Assembly (NCBI GenBank): GCA_041687695.1
Contig: JAWLBL010000008.1
Coordinates: 160,001-224,000 of the forward strand
Source: Myxococcota bacterium
GTDB lineage: Bacteria > Myxococcota_A > UBA9042 > PHBI01 > JAWLBL01
DNA: 64,000 bases
Direction of reading: 5' to 3'
A program made the translations under genes and the position numbers. Under the pieces are notes generated by a model that ran no database searches, was not told the DNA's origin, and saw only the letters and a list, made by a program, of their open reading frames with translations. Of the stretch, positions 19,173 through 32,742 are shown in pieces (position 1 is the stretch's first letter; each line of letters begins with the position of its first letter).

Positions 19173-19922
19173 TCAAGCTCTTTGTGGGTTGCGGTCGTCC
19201 GCGTCCGGTGGATCCGACGCCGGATCGGGCCCGAGCAGGTCCGGGCGGCGGGCGCGGGTGCGGACGAGGCGCTGGTCGCGGCGCCAGCGTTCGATGGCTG
19301 CGTGGTGGCCGCTGAGGAGGATCTCGGGGACCGGGTGACCGCGCCAGATCCGCGGTCGCGTGTACTGGGGGTGCTCGAGCAGGGCCTCGCCGGTGAAGCT
19401 CTCCTCGCCGGGGCCGGCCTCGTTGCCGAGCACGCCCGGGATGAGGCGGCTCACCGCGTCGATGACGATCATCGCGGCCAGCTCGCCGCCGGTGAGGACG
19501 AAGTCTCCGATGGACAGCTCCTCGTCGACGACGTGCTCGGCGACGCGCTCGTCGACGCCCTCGTAGCGGCCACAGACCAGGGCCAGGCTGCCCAGGGCCG
19601 CGTACTCGGCCGCGACGCGCTGGTCGAAGCGCCGCCCGGCGGGCGACAGCAGGACCACCCGGGCGGGCGCGCGCGCGGCGCGGACGTGCTCGACGGCCCG
19701 GGCGAGGGGCTCGGGCTTCATCACCATGCCCGCGCCGCCGCCGAAGGGCGTGTCGTCGACCGTCTTGTGGCGGTCCTCGGAGAAGTCGCGCGGGTTGGTG
19801 TAGGCCACGTCGACCAGGCCCGCCTCGGCCGCGCGGCCCAGGATACTGCCGCCCAGGTAGGGGGCGACCAGCTCGGGGAACAGCGTCACGACGTCGAAGC
19901 GGAACGGGGAGGGCGCGGTCAC
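19173..19922 (-). CDS. trmD: tRNA (guanine37-N1)-methyltransferase
   Basis: [49 protein letters not shown]. Confidence 0.96.
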   Translation of the reverse strand: MTAPSPFRFDVVTLFPELVAPYLGGSILGRAAEAGLVDVAYTNPRDFSEDRHKTVDDTPFGGGAGMVMKPEPLARAVEHVRAARAPARVVLLSPAGRRFDQRVAAEYAALGSLALVCGRYEGVDERVAEHVVDEELSIGDFVLTGGELAAMIVIDAVSRLIPGVLGNEAGPGEESFTGEALLEHPQYTRPRIWRGHPVPEILLSGHHAAIERWRRDQRLVRTRARRPDLLGPDPASDPPDADDRNPQRA

Positions 19923-20512
19923 GGCAGCAGGCCCTCGAGCGGATCGATGACGATGCGCCGGCCCGGCCGATCGATGCGCTTGACCACGTCGGCGACGAGC
20001 GGGAGGTAGAAGGTCTCTCCGCCGCCCTCGGGCCGCACCTCGAGGAGGTCCTGGGTCACCTGGATGACGGCGACGACAGAGCCGACGCGGTCGCCCGCCT
20101 CGGTCTCGACGGCCCAGCCGGGGACCTCGTGGAAGTAGATCTCGTCGTCCTCGGGCGGGGCGAGCGCCTCGACCGGGACCGCGACGTGCAGCCCGCAGAG
20201 CGCCTCGGCGGCCTCGCGCGAGTCGACGCCGCGCAGGACCACCAGCGTCCGGCCCTTGGGCGCGGGGCGCAGGCGGTCGATGATGACGTGGCGGCTCGGA
20301 TCGCCGTCCACGACGTCTCCCTGCGCCGACGCGGCGTCCGGCTCGGCCGCAAAGACGGCGAGCTCGCTGCCGCGGCGCCACACGGGCGACGCCTCGTTGT
20401 AGCGATGCAGCAGCAGCTCGCCGCGCAGGCCGTGGGGCCGGATGAGCTTACCGAGGACGATGAAAGGCATGGCGAGGCCGTGCGGGCGCGGGACGAACGT
20501 GAGATCGGCCAC
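19919..20512 (-). CDS. rimM: Ribosome maturation factor RimM
   Basis: [21 protein letters not shown]; position in the operon. Confidence 0.88.
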   Translation of the reverse strand: MADLTFVPRPHGLAMPFIVLGKLIRPHGLRGELLLHRYNEASPVWRRGSELAVFAAEPDAASAQGDVVDGDPSRHVIIDRLRPAPKGRTLVVLRGVDSREAAEALCGLHVAVPVEALAPPEDDEIYFHEVPGWAVETEAGDRVGSVVAVIQVTQDLLEVRPEGGGETFYLPLVADVVKRIDRPGRRIVIDPLEGLLP

Positions 20513-20538
20513 GCCCGCCAGGGCGGCGGGCTGCGGGC

Positions 20539-20769
20539 CTACTCGAGGATCTCGAGCTGGGCGCGGCGACCGGTCTTCGAGGCCGCCGCGCGGACGACGG
20601 CCCGGAGGGCGCGGGCCGTGCGGCCCTGACGCCCGATGACCTTGCCGAGATCGTCTTGCGCGACGCTGAGCTCGTAGACGTCCGCATCGTCACCCGCGTT
20701 GCGGTTGACCTGGACGTCGTCGGGGCTGTCGACGAGCGCGCGAGCGAGATAGCTGATGAGCTCTTCCAT
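20539..20769 (-). CDS. khpA: KH-domain RNA-binding protein
   Basis: DLGKVIGRQGRTARALR; between rpsP and rimM. Confidence 0.92.
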   Translation of the reverse strand: MEELISYLARALVDSPDDVQVNRNAGDDADVYELSVAQDDLGKVIGRQGRTARALRAVVRAAASKTGRRAQLEILE

Positions 20770-20787
20770 GGGGGTCCCCCCGAAGGA

Positions 20788-21129
20788 CTACTCGGCGGCG
20801 GGCGGCGCCGCCGGCGTGGCCGGAGCGGCCGCAGCGGCGGGAGCCACCGCGGGAGCGCGGCGCTGGGTGGTCGCAGGCGCGGTGTCCTCGCCAGCCATGT
20901 ACTTGGTGAGCAGGTTGGCGACCGTCACGGTCGGGTTCGCCCCCTGATCGAGCCAGTGCTGGATGCGGTCGCGCTTGAGGCGGACGGCGGGCGGGTTGGC
21001 GTTCGGATCATAGGTGCCGACCAGCTCGAGGAAGCGCCCGTCGCGCCGCGCGGCGTCGTTGGCGGCCACGATGCGGTAATAGGGGCGCTTCTTCGCGCCA
21101 TGGCGGGCGAGGCGCAGCTTGACTGCCAT
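20788..21129 (-). CDS. rpsP: 30S ribosomal protein S16
   Basis: [21 protein letters not shown]...RDGRFLE; Ala/Pro-rich tail. Confidence 0.97.
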   Translation of the reverse strand: MAVKLRLARHGAKKRPYYRIVAANDAARRDGRFLELVGTYDPNANPPAVRLKRDRIQHWLDQGANPTVTVANLLTKYMAGEDTAPATTQRRAPAVAPAAAAAPATPAAPPAAE

Positions 21130-21201
21130 GAGCTTCTCCTAGGGCGCGCGGGGGTGGGCCATCGCGTCGGCCGGAACGGTCGTCCCCGCGTAGGGGCGAG
21201 G

Positions 21202-21230
21202 AAGCTAGACGCGTGCCCCCGGCCTGTCAA
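21202..21230 (-). promoter_or_regulatory. sigma70-type promoter of the rpsP operon
   Basis: TTGACA-N17-TAGCTT. Confidence 0.65.
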
Positions 21231-22618
21231 GCGTCCATCGCTTCGTCGGGCGCGTCGGGCCCCGCGGCGGCGGTCGCGCGGACCGCCTGCTCGACGAGGA
21301 GCTCGTCGCCGGGCAGGAGCGTGCGGACGTGGAGCCAGACGGCGTCGTCGCGGACGACGGCCACGACGGGCACCTGCGCCGCGCGGAGGCGATCGGCGAA
21401 GGCGCCGGGGGAGGGGACCTGCAGGGCGACGGCGGCGCCAGGGAGCGTCGTCTCGGGGAGGCTGCCGCCGCCGATGGGGTCGTCGGAGGGGGCGACGCGG
21501 GTGGACACGCCGGCCGCGGCGAGGCGCGCGGCGAGGGCTTCGGCGCGGGCGGTGAGGGCGTCGGCGGTGGCGTTGAGCATCGCCGAGACGGGGACGTCGT
21601 CGGGGCGGCCGGCGCGGTAGGCGAGCAGGACGTGCTCGAGGGCGGCGAGGGTGAGCTTGTCGGCGCGGAAGGCGCGGGCGAGCGGGTGGCGGGCGAGGCG
21701 ATCGACCAGGTCGCGGCGGCCGAGGACGACGCCGGCCTGGGGCCCGCCGAGCAGCTTGTCGCCGCTGAAGCAGACGAGATCGGCGCCGGCGGACAGGGCG
21801 CGACGCGGGTCGGCGTCGGCGAGGAGGTCGGGGCCGAGGGCGGCGGGGAGGGGGCCGAGGGCGGCGCTGCCGAGGTCGTGCAGGAGCGGCAGGCCGCGAT
21901 CGTGGGCGAGGGCGGCCAGATCGGCGTCGCTCGGCCGGGCGACGAAGCCGACGACGCGGAAGTTGCTGGGGTGGACGCGCAGGACGGCCGCGGTGTCGGG
22001 GCCGATGGCGCGGGCGTAGTCGTGCAGGTGCGTCTTGTTGGTGGTGCCGACCTCGCGCAGGCGCGCGCCGGAGGCCTCCATGATGTCGGGGACGCGGAAG
22101 CTGCCGCCGATCTCGACCAGCTCGCCGCGGCTGATGACGACCTCGCGGCCGGCCGCGAGCGCGGTGAGCATCAGGACGACCGCGGCGGCGTTGTTGTTGA
22201 CGACCAGGGCGGCCTCGGCGCCGGTCATGGCCTCGAGCAGCGGGCCGGCGAGGGCGCGGCGGGAGCCCCGGCGGCCGGTGGCCAGGTCGAGCTCGAGGTT
22301 GCAGTAGCCGAGGGCCTCGTCGAGGGCGCCGGGCGGCAGGGGGGCGCGGCCGAGGTTGGTGTGGATGACGACGCCGGTCGCGTTGACGGCGCGGCGCAGG
22401 CGGGGGGAGAGCCACTCGCGCAGGCGTCGGGCTGCGAGGGCGGCGAGGGCGTCGTGAGGGGGGGCAGCGGCTCCGTCGGCGATGGCGGCGCGGGCTTCGG
22501 CGAGGACCGCGCGGGCGGCGTCGACGCGTAGCGCGTGGGGCGCGCCGGTGGCGACGAGCGCCGGGGCGTCGGTGAGCGCATGGGCGGGTGGCAGGGATCG
22601 GAAGGCGGAGGTGCTCAC
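21227..22618 (-). CDS. selA: L-seryl-tRNA(Sec) selenium transferase
   Basis: NATGVVIHTNLGRAPL, VNNNAAAV, SRGELVEIGGSFRVPDIM, EVGTTNKT, FSGDKLLGGPQAG. Confidence 0.95.
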   Translation of the reverse strand: MSTSAFRSLPPAHALTDAPALVATGAPHALRVDAARAVLAEARAAIADGAAAPPHDALAALAARRLREWLSPRLRRAVNATGVVIHTNLGRAPLPPGALDEALGYCNLELDLATGRRGSRRALAGPLLEAMTGAEAALVVNNNAAAVVLMLTALAAGREVVISRGELVEIGGSFRVPDIMEASGARLREVGTTNKTHLHDYARAIGPDTAAVLRVHPSNFRVVGFVARPSDADLAALAHDRGLPLLHDLGSAALGPLPAALGPDLLADADPRRALSAGADLVCFSGDKLLGGPQAGVVLGRRDLVDRLARHPLARAFRADKLTLAALEHVLLAYRAGRPDDVPVSAMLNATADALTARAEALAARLAAAGVSTRVAPSDDPIGGGSLPETTLPGAAVALQVPSPGAFADRLRAAQVPVVAVVRDDAVWLHVRTLLPGDELLVEQAVRATAAAGPDAPDEAMDA

Positions 22619-22908
22619 GGGCGGGCACCATAGCAGCGGTCGCGGGGGCGCGCGACTACGACCGGTGGGGGCGGGCGGCCGTCTCCCCGGCGACGCGGGG
22701 GAGCGTGCGGGGGTGGCGGGCGGAATATCCGGACGGGCGACAGGCTTTGGTTGCGAAATCCAAACGGGGCGGGGTAAAAGCGCGGCCTTCGGGCCTCAAC
22801 ACCTGTCCCTCCTGAGGACGGATCGCAGCACGGGCGGCGGGGACGCGCCGTGCCTCCGACCACCGGGCGGCGGGCTCGCTTCGCCGCGGCCAGAGGAAGT
22901 GACCTTCG

Positions 22909-24519
22909 ATGAAGAAGACCACGCGTTTCAAGCAGATGCTCCAGAGCAAGGACCTCGAGTTCATTTGCGAGGCCCACAACGGGCTGTCCGCAAAGATCGT
23001 CGAGGAGGCCGGATTCAAGGGCATCTGGGGCAGCGGCCTGTCCATCTCGGCCGCCATGGGCGTCCGCGACAACAACGAGGCCTCGTGGACCCAGGTCCTC
23101 GAGGTGCTCGAGTTCATGGCCGACAACACCAGCGTGCCCATTCTGCTCGACGGTGACACCGGCTACGGCAACTTCAACAACATGCGCCGGCTCGTGCAGA
23201 AGCTCGAGCAGCGCAACGTCGCCGCCGTCTGCATCGAGGACAAGGTCTTCCCGAAGACCAACTCGTTCATCAAGGGCGAGGCGCAGCCGCTGGCCGACGT
23301 CGACGAGTTCTGCGGCAAGATCAAGGCCGGCAAGGACGCGCAGTCGGACGACGACTTCTGCATCGTGGCCCGCGTCGAGGCGCTCATCGCCGGCTGGGGC
23401 ATGGACGAGGCGCTCAAGCGCGCCGAGGCCTACCGCCAGGCGGGCGCCGACGCCATCCTGATGCACTCGAAGATCGCCTCGCCCAAGGAGATCTTCGCGT
23501 TCATGAAGGAGTGGGGCGACCGGCACCCCATCGTCATCGTGCCGACGATGTACTACGCGACGCCGACCGACGACTTCCGCGCGCACGGCGTCAGCATGGT
23601 CATCTGGGCCAACCAGATCCTGCGCACCGCCATCAAGGCGATGCAGGGCATGGCGACCTACCTCGTCGAGCACCAGACCCTGGCGCACGTCGAGGAGGAT
23701 CTGCCGACGGTCGCCGAGATCTTCCGCCTGCAGGGCATGGAAGAGTACTCGAAGTGGGAGAAGGCCTACCTGCCCAAGAGCACCCGGTCGGCGCGCGGCA
23801 TCCTGCTCGCGGCGTCGAAGGGGACCAACTTCGGCCGCCTGACCGAAGAGACGCCCAAGGCGATGCTCGAGGTCGAGGGCAAGCCGGTCCTGGCGTGGGC
23901 GACCAAGGCGATCAAGGAGTCGGGCGTGCGCGACCTCGCGGTCGTCACCGGCTACAAGCCCGAGGCCTTCACCATCCCGAACGTGAAGTACTTCAACAAC
24001 CCCGAGTGGGAGACGACCGGCGAGGTCGGCTCGCTGCTCGCGGCGAAGGCGCACCTGGTCGGGCCGGTCCTGGTCGGCTACGGCGACGTGGTCAGCCGCA
24101 AGTACGTCATCGAGAACCTGGTCCGGTCGACGGCCGACCTGACGGTCGTGGTCGACTACGCCGAGCGCAAGGGCCGCAGCCGCAAGTCGGTCGACTACGC
24201 GGTGGTCACGCCCGACCGCGTCGAGGGCATCAAGGAGGTCGACTACCAGCTGCAGCGCATCGACTCGGCCCTCGAGGCCTCGAGCGCTTCGGGTGAGTGG
24301 ACCGGCCTGCTGTGGGCCAGCGAGGACGGCGCCAAGGTGCTGGTCAAGGCGCTGGACGACCTGGTCGCGAGCGGCGTCGAGGTCGCCAAGTGGAGCCTGC
24401 CGCAGCTCATCAACCACGTCGTCGAGACGGGGGCGGCGAGCGTCGCGGTCCAGTACATCCACGACAACTGGCTGGACATCGACGACATCAAGGACCTGTC
24501 GGACCTCTACAAGTTTTAG
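22909..24519 (+). CDS. pepM: Phosphoenolpyruvate mutase fused to a C-terminal nucleotidyl(cytidylyl)transferase
   Basis: [19 protein letters not shown] and PepM signature [10 protein letters not shown] (EDKx5NS); C-terminal LLAASKG...[13 protein letters not shown]. Confidence 0.93.
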   Translation: MKKTTRFKQMLQSKDLEFICEAHNGLSAKIVEEAGFKGIWGSGLSISAAMGVRDNNEASWTQVLEVLEFMADNTSVPILLDGDTGYGNFNNMRRLVQKLEQRNVAAVCIEDKVFPKTNSFIKGEAQPLADVDEFCGKIKAGKDAQSDDDFCIVARVEALIAGWGMDEALKRAEAYRQAGADAILMHSKIASPKEIFAFMKEWGDRHPIVIVPTMYYATPTDDFRAHGVSMVIWANQILRTAIKAMQGMATYLVEHQTLAHVEEDLPTVAEIFRLQGMEEYSKWEKAYLPKSTRSARGILLAASKGTNFGRLTEETPKAMLEVEGKPVLAWATKAIKESGVRDLAVVTGYKPEAFTIPNVKYFNNPEWETTGEVGSLLAAKAHLVGPVLVGYGDVVSRKYVIENLVRSTADLTVVVDYAERKGRSRKSVDYAVVTPDRVEGIKEVDYQLQRIDSALEASSASGEWTGLLWASEDGAKVLVKALDDLVASGVEVAKWSLPQLINHVVETGAASVAVQYIHDNWLDIDDIKDLSDLYKF

Positions 24520-24525
24520 TGGTCC

Positions 24526-25515
24526 ATGGTCTCGAGTGAGCGCTGGACGGTGGCCGCCCACGAGGCGGGCCACCGTCTGGACACCTGGGTCAGCGAGCGC
24601 CTGCCCGGCACCAGCCGCAGCCAGGTCTCGCGCGCGCTGACCGAGGGGCGGCTCACGGTCAACGAGGTGGCCGGCCTGAAGGCGGGTCACCGGCTGAAGG
24701 CGGGGGACGTCGTCGCGTGGGCGGCGGCCGAGCCCGCCGAGCGCCACCTGACCGCGCAGGACATCCCCCTTCCGGTCGTCTACGAGGACGCCTGGGTGGC
24801 GGTGGTCGACAAGCCCGCCGGCCTGGTCGTCCATCCCGGCGCGGGGCACGCGGACGGCACCCTGGTCCACGCGCTGCTGCACCACCTGGACGAGCTGAGC
24901 GAGGTGGGCGGCGCCGAGCGGCCCGGCCTGGTCCACCGCATCGACCGCGACACGTCGGGGCTGCTGGTCGTCGCCAAGGACGACGCCACGCACCGGGCGC
25001 TGCAGACGCAGTTCGCGGCGCACGACGTGCACCGGCGCTATCTGGCGGTGGTCGTCGGGCCGCGGCTGGCTGACGAGGGCACCATCGAGACGTCCTTCGG
25101 GCGGAACCCGCGCGACCGAAAGAAGATGACCGGGCGGGTCGACGAGGGGCGGAGGGCCTGTACGCACTGGCGGGTCGTCGCGCGGGGCGAGGCGCTGGCG
25201 CTGTTGGTCCTACGCCTGGAGACGGGGCGGACCCATCAGATCCGGGTGCACCTGAGCGAGGCAGGGCACCCCATCGTGGGCGACACGCTGTATGGACGTC
25301 CGGTGCCCAGAGGTGGCGGTGGACGCGCCGCCGTCGAGCTGGCCGCCGCGCGGCGCATGCCGAGGCAGGCGCTGCACGCGGCGGCGCTGGGCTTCACGCA
25401 TCCGGGCACGAACCAGCAGATGCGCTGGACCGCGCCGCCGCCGCCCGACTTCACTCAGCTGGTCGAGGCCGCGTTCGGGGCCGAGGTCCTGGCGGACGCC
25501 CTGCGAACCCTGTGA
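24526..25515 (+). CDS. rluD: RluD-like pseudouridine synthase (S4 + RluA family)
   Basis: KPAGLVVHPG, VHRIDRDTSG, LETGRTHQIRVH, RQALHA. Confidence 0.9.
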   Translation: MVSSERWTVAAHEAGHRLDTWVSERLPGTSRSQVSRALTEGRLTVNEVAGLKAGHRLKAGDVVAWAAAEPAERHLTAQDIPLPVVYEDAWVAVVDKPAGLVVHPGAGHADGTLVHALLHHLDELSEVGGAERPGLVHRIDRDTSGLLVVAKDDATHRALQTQFAAHDVHRRYLAVVVGPRLADEGTIETSFGRNPRDRKKMTGRVDEGRRACTHWRVVARGEALALLVLRLETGRTHQIRVHLSEAGHPIVGDTLYGRPVPRGGGGRAAVELAAARRMPRQALHAAALGFTHPGTNQQMRWTAPPPPDFTQLVEAAFGAEVLADALRTL

Positions 25516-25557
25516 GCCGCGGAGGCCCGCTCGGGGCCCCCGCGCGGTCGTAGAGGC

Positions 25558-28809
<3,252 letters not shown>

Positions 28810-29043
28810 GGTGTCCTCTTGGCGTCGGCGTTGGGCTGCCTGGCGCGGGTCCCCCCTCGCGCGCGGCGGCGTCTCACCGAGTGAGCAACGATCGTACCAT
28901 GCGGCGCCACTCGGGTGGAATGACCGCCGATGATTGGCGCCCCGCGGCGCCGCGTCCAGATCGGTGCGCAAGACTTGCGCAGTCGATCGTCACGGGGTGC
29001 GCAGGGGCCGCTGTGACCAGCTCGGCCGAGGAGCGACGCCCGA

Positions 29044-29913
29044 TCAGCCGGGCGTCAGCTCGCGGTTGTCGATGAGGCGCACCGAGCCGAAGTGGGCGGC
29101 CACGGCCAGCACCGCCGGCACGTCCACGACGGTCAGCGGCGTCAGGCGCGCCGAGTCGACCAGCTCGACGTAGTCGACGCGGCCTCCCGCGGCCTCGACG
29201 CGTTCGCGTATGCCCTGGCGGAGGGCTTCGGCGTCGCGCTCGCCCTCCGCCAGCCGGCGCTGGGCCTCCTCGAGCGCGCGCGGGATGGCGACGGCGCGCT
29301 GGCGCTCGTCGGGGCTCAGCCGGACGTTGCGCGAGCTCATCGCCAGCCCGTCCGCCTCGCGCACGATCGGCATCGGGACGATCTCGACCGGGACGTCGAG
29401 GTCCCGCACCATGCGCTCGATGACCCGCAGCTGCTGGAAGTCCTTGCGGCCGAAGACCGCGACGTCCGGCTCGACGATGTTGAAGAGCTTGGCCACCACG
29501 GTCGCGACGCCGCGGAAGAAGATGGGCCGGCTCTGGCCGCACAGCGGCAGCGACAGGTGCTCGACGGTGATCCACGTCTCGTGGGGCGGCGCCCCGTCCC
29601 GCCCGCGCTCGTACAGGTCGTCCGGCGCGAAGACGACCGCGCAGCCGCGGGCGCGCAGCTTGGCGAGATCGCCCGCCTCGTCGCGGGGGTAGACGCCGAA
29701 GTCCTCGTGGGGCGCGAACTGCGTGGGGTTGACGTAGATCGACGCGACCACGACATCACAGCGCTCGCGGGCCGCGTCGACCAGCGACAGGTGCCCGTCG
29801 TGCAGGTAGCCCATCGTCGGCACGAAGCCGACGCGGCGCCCGGCGGCGCGTTGAGCGCGCGACCAGGCGCGCATCGCGTGGCGGTCGCGGAGGACCTGCA
29901 GGCCGTCGTGCAT
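29044..29913 (-). CDS. panC: Pantoate-beta-alanine ligase
   Basis: FVPTMGYLHDGH, YVNPTQF, FGRKDFQQ, DGLAMSSRN, RLIDN. Confidence 0.96.
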   Translation of the reverse strand: MHDGLQVLRDRHAMRAWSRAQRAAGRRVGFVPTMGYLHDGHLSLVDAARERCDVVVASIYVNPTQFAPHEDFGVYPRDEAGDLAKLRARGCAVVFAPDDLYERGRDGAPPHETWITVEHLSLPLCGQSRPIFFRGVATVVAKLFNIVEPDVAVFGRKDFQQLRVIERMVRDLDVPVEIVPMPIVREADGLAMSSRNVRLSPDERQRAVAIPRALEEAQRRLAEGERDAEALRQGIRERVEAAGGRVDYVELVDSARLTPLTVVDVPAVLAVAAHFGSVRLIDNRELTPG

Positions 29914-29931
29914 CGGGGGATCCCTATCCGA

Positions 29932-30732
29932 TCAGGAGAAGCTGTGCTCGGGGCCGGGGTACTCGCCGGCCTTGACCTCGGCCACGTAGCGGCGGGTGGC
30001 CTCGCGCACGTCCTGGGCCTGCGTGGCGTAGCGCTTGAGGAACTTGGGCGAGAACTGGTCGGTCAGGCCGAGCAGATCGTAGCAGACCAGGACCTGGCCG
30101 GCGCAGTGGACCCCGGCGCCGATGCCGATGGTGGGGATGCGCAGCGTCTCGGTGACGCGCCGCGACAGCTCGGCCGGCGTCAGCTCGAGCACGAGGGCGA
30201 AGCAGCCGGCGTCCTGCAGCAGCTGCGCGTCCGCGACGAGCTGGTCGGCGGCCTGGGCCTCGCGCCCCTGGACCTTGAAGCCGCCGAAGACGTTGACCGA
30301 CTGCGGGGTCAGCCCCAGGTGGCCCACGACCGGGATGCCGGCGTCGACCATCGCGCGCGCGGCCTCGGCGGAGCGGGCGCCCCCTTCGAGCTTGACCGCC
30401 TGGCAGCCGCCCTCGGCCATCAGGCGCCCGGCGTTGCGCACGGCCTCGGAGACCGAGACCTGGTACGACATGAAGGGCAGGTCGCCCACGACCATCGCCC
30501 GCTGGCTGCCGCGGACGACGGCCTGCACGTGGTAGACCATCTGATCCATGGTGACCGGCAGGGTCGAGTCGTGGCCCTGCACGACCATGCCCAGCGAGTC
30601 GCCGACCAGCAGCATGTCGGCGCCGGCCTCGTCGATGAGGCGCGCGAAGGTGGCGTCGTAGGCCGTGACCATGGCGATGCGCTCGCCCGCGGCCGCCAGC
30701 TTCAGGATGTCGAGGGTCGTCCGTCGCTTCAT
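29932..30732 (-). CDS. panB: 3-methyl-2-oxobutanoate hydroxymethyltransferase
   Basis: [42 protein letters not shown]. Confidence 0.96.
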   Translation of the reverse strand: MKRRTTLDILKLAAAGERIAMVTAYDATFARLIDEAGADMLLVGDSLGMVVQGHDSTLPVTMDQMVYHVQAVVRGSQRAMVVGDLPFMSYQVSVSEAVRNAGRLMAEGGCQAVKLEGGARSAEAARAMVDAGIPVVGHLGLTPQSVNVFGGFKVQGREAQAADQLVADAQLLQDAGCFALVLELTPAELSRRVTETLRIPTIGIGAGVHCAGQVLVCYDLLGLTDQFSPKFLKRYATQAQDVREATRRYVAEVKAGEYPGPEHSFS

Positions 30733-30863
30733 GCCGGTGGCGCTTACCAGCATCGCGCCCGCGATGGCAACAACCGGTTGGGCCGGGGGGCGCGGGGCGT
30801 CGGGCCGGCCGCCGCGGGAATCGGCCCTTCCCGCGCGGGTTGGGCTGGGCTATGAACCCGGCC

Positions 30864-32099
30864 ATGCCAAGCTCCAGCCCCCACCGGGACGGCGACCGCG
30901 ACGCGGTCCTCGTCAGCCCCCTGCGCACCCCCATCGGCCGCTTCGGCGGCGCCCTGGCCGCGGTGCGCCCCGACGATCTGCTGGCCCACGTGTTCCAGGC
31001 CGTCGTGGCGCGCAGCGGCGTCGACCCGGCGGCCATCGACGACGTCCTCGCCGGCTGCGCCAACCAGGCGGGCGAGGACAACCGCAACGTCGCGCGCATG
31101 GCCGCCCTGCTGGCCGGCCTGCCGCAGTCGGTGCCCGGGGTGACGGTCAACCGGCTGTGCGCGTCGAGCCTCGAGGCCGTCAACATGGCCGCGCGGGCGG
31201 TCTGGGCGGGCGACGCCGACGTCCTGCTCGTGGGCGGCGTCGAGTCCATGTCGCGCGCGCCCTACAGCGTGCCGCGCAACGCCACCGGCGCGCCCTCGTT
31301 CGGCAACCTGGTCGCCTACGACACGGCGCTGGGCTGGCGCTACCCGAACCCGCGCATGGAGGCCCGGTTCCCGCTCGAGGCGATGGGCTGCACGGCCGAG
31401 AACCTGGCCGAGCAGCGCGAGATCGCCCGCGCCGATCAGGACGCCTTCGCCCTGGCCAGCCACCGCAAGGCCATCGAGGCCCAGCGGACCGGCGCCTTCG
31501 ACGCCGAGCTCGTCCCTGTGGTCATCCCACAGCGCAAGGGCGATCCCATCGTCGTCGCGGCCGACGAGCAGCCCCGCCCGGACACCAGCCTGGACAAGCT
31601 CGCGCGCCTGGGCGCCGCCTTCCGCAAGGGCGGCTCGGTCACGGCCGGCAACAGCTCGACCCTGAACGACGGGGCCGCCGCGATGCTCGTCTGCTCGGCG
31701 CGCGCCGCCCGCGAGCGCGGCCTGACGCCGCTCGCCCGGATCGTCGCCACCGGCACCGCCGGCGTGGACCCGACGATCATGGGCATCGGGCCGGTCCCCG
31801 CCGCGCGCAAGGCGCTGGCCAAGGCCGGCTGGGCCGTCGGCGACCTCGATCTGGTCGAGCTCAACGAGGCCTTCGCCGCGCAGTCGCTGGCCGTCATCCG
31901 CGAGCTGGGCCTGGACGAGGCCCGGGTCAACGTCAACGGCGGCGCGATCGCGTTGGGGCACCCGCTGGGCATGTCCGGCGCCCGCGTCCTGGTCACCCTG
32001 ACTCACGCCCTGCGCGCGCGCGGCGCCCGAAGGGGCCTCGCGACCTTGTGCGTCGGCGTCGGCCAGGGCGTCGCGACCCTCGTCGAGGCGCTCGACTGA
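30864..32099 (+). CDS. Thiolase (acetyl-CoA C-acyltransferase, PcaF-like)
   Basis: [42 protein letters not shown]. Confidence 0.93.
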   Translation: MPSSSPHRDGDRDAVLVSPLRTPIGRFGGALAAVRPDDLLAHVFQAVVARSGVDPAAIDDVLAGCANQAGEDNRNVARMAALLAGLPQSVPGVTVNRLCASSLEAVNMAARAVWAGDADVLLVGGVESMSRAPYSVPRNATGAPSFGNLVAYDTALGWRYPNPRMEARFPLEAMGCTAENLAEQREIARADQDAFALASHRKAIEAQRTGAFDAELVPVVIPQRKGDPIVVAADEQPRPDTSLDKLARLGAAFRKGGSVTAGNSSTLNDGAAAMLVCSARAARERGLTPLARIVATGTAGVDPTIMGIGPVPAARKALAKAGWAVGDLDLVELNEAFAAQSLAVIRELGLDEARVNVNGGAIALGHPLGMSGARVLVTLTHALRARGARRGLATLCVGVGQGVATLVEALD

Positions 32100-32141
32100 A
32101 GCCACCCGTCCGCCGGGGCCGACGTCGCGGGCGCTTGACCG

Positions 32142-32170
32142 TTGACGCCGGACCGGGCGGCTGTTACAAG
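32142..32170 (+). promoter_or_regulatory. Promoter of rpsT
   Basis: TTGACG-N17-TACAAG with an extended TG. Confidence 0.5.
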
Positions 32171-32280
32171 CTGCGCCCTTCCGCTCGCCGTCTCTGACCG
32201 AGACGGGGCGCGGGGACCGCGACGAGGGATTCGCAGGACCTCGCGACGCGCGGAACGCAGGACACGAAAAGGAGCCCGAC

Positions 32281-32541
32281 GTGGCCAACCACAAGCAGGC
32301 GATCAAGCGCCACCGCCAGAGCCTCAAGCGCAACGCGCGCAACAACTTCTTCAAGGCGACCGCGCGCACGTACCTCAAGCGCGCCCGCACCGCCCTCGAG
32401 GGGGGCGACAAGGGCGCCGCCGCCGAGGCCGTCCGGCTCGCTGCCTCGTACCTCGATCACGTCGCCTCCAAGGGGATCATCCCCAAGGAGCGCGCGAGCC
32501 GGCTCAAGAGCCGCCTCGACACGCAGCTCTCGTCGCTCTGA
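32281..32541 (+). CDS. rpsT: 30S ribosomal protein S20
   Basis: MANHKQAIKRHRQS...KGIIPKERASRLKSRL. Confidence 0.95.
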   Translation: MANHKQAIKRHRQSLKRNARNNFFKATARTYLKRARTALEGGDKGAAAEAVRLAASYLDHVASKGIIPKERASRLKSRLDTQLSSL

Positions 32542-32742
32542 GCCGCCGCGGCCGCCCGGCCGCGCGCTCGGTCCAGACTGCCGGCCATCCCGCGGACGCT
32601 CGCGCCCCGACGGATGACGCCGGCAGTCGGCGTTTCGAACGCGCCGTTCCGGCGCCGCGCGCGGGCCGGAATGGCTCGTGATCTCAGGTGGTTGCCTGTC
32701 CGACGTGACCTGCGGTGACCAGGGGCTCCACGGGGCCTCGAC

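Noticed and set aside
22619..22908. tRNA-Sec (selC) next to selA
   Set aside because: No TTCAAA anticodon loop or GTTCGA T-arm
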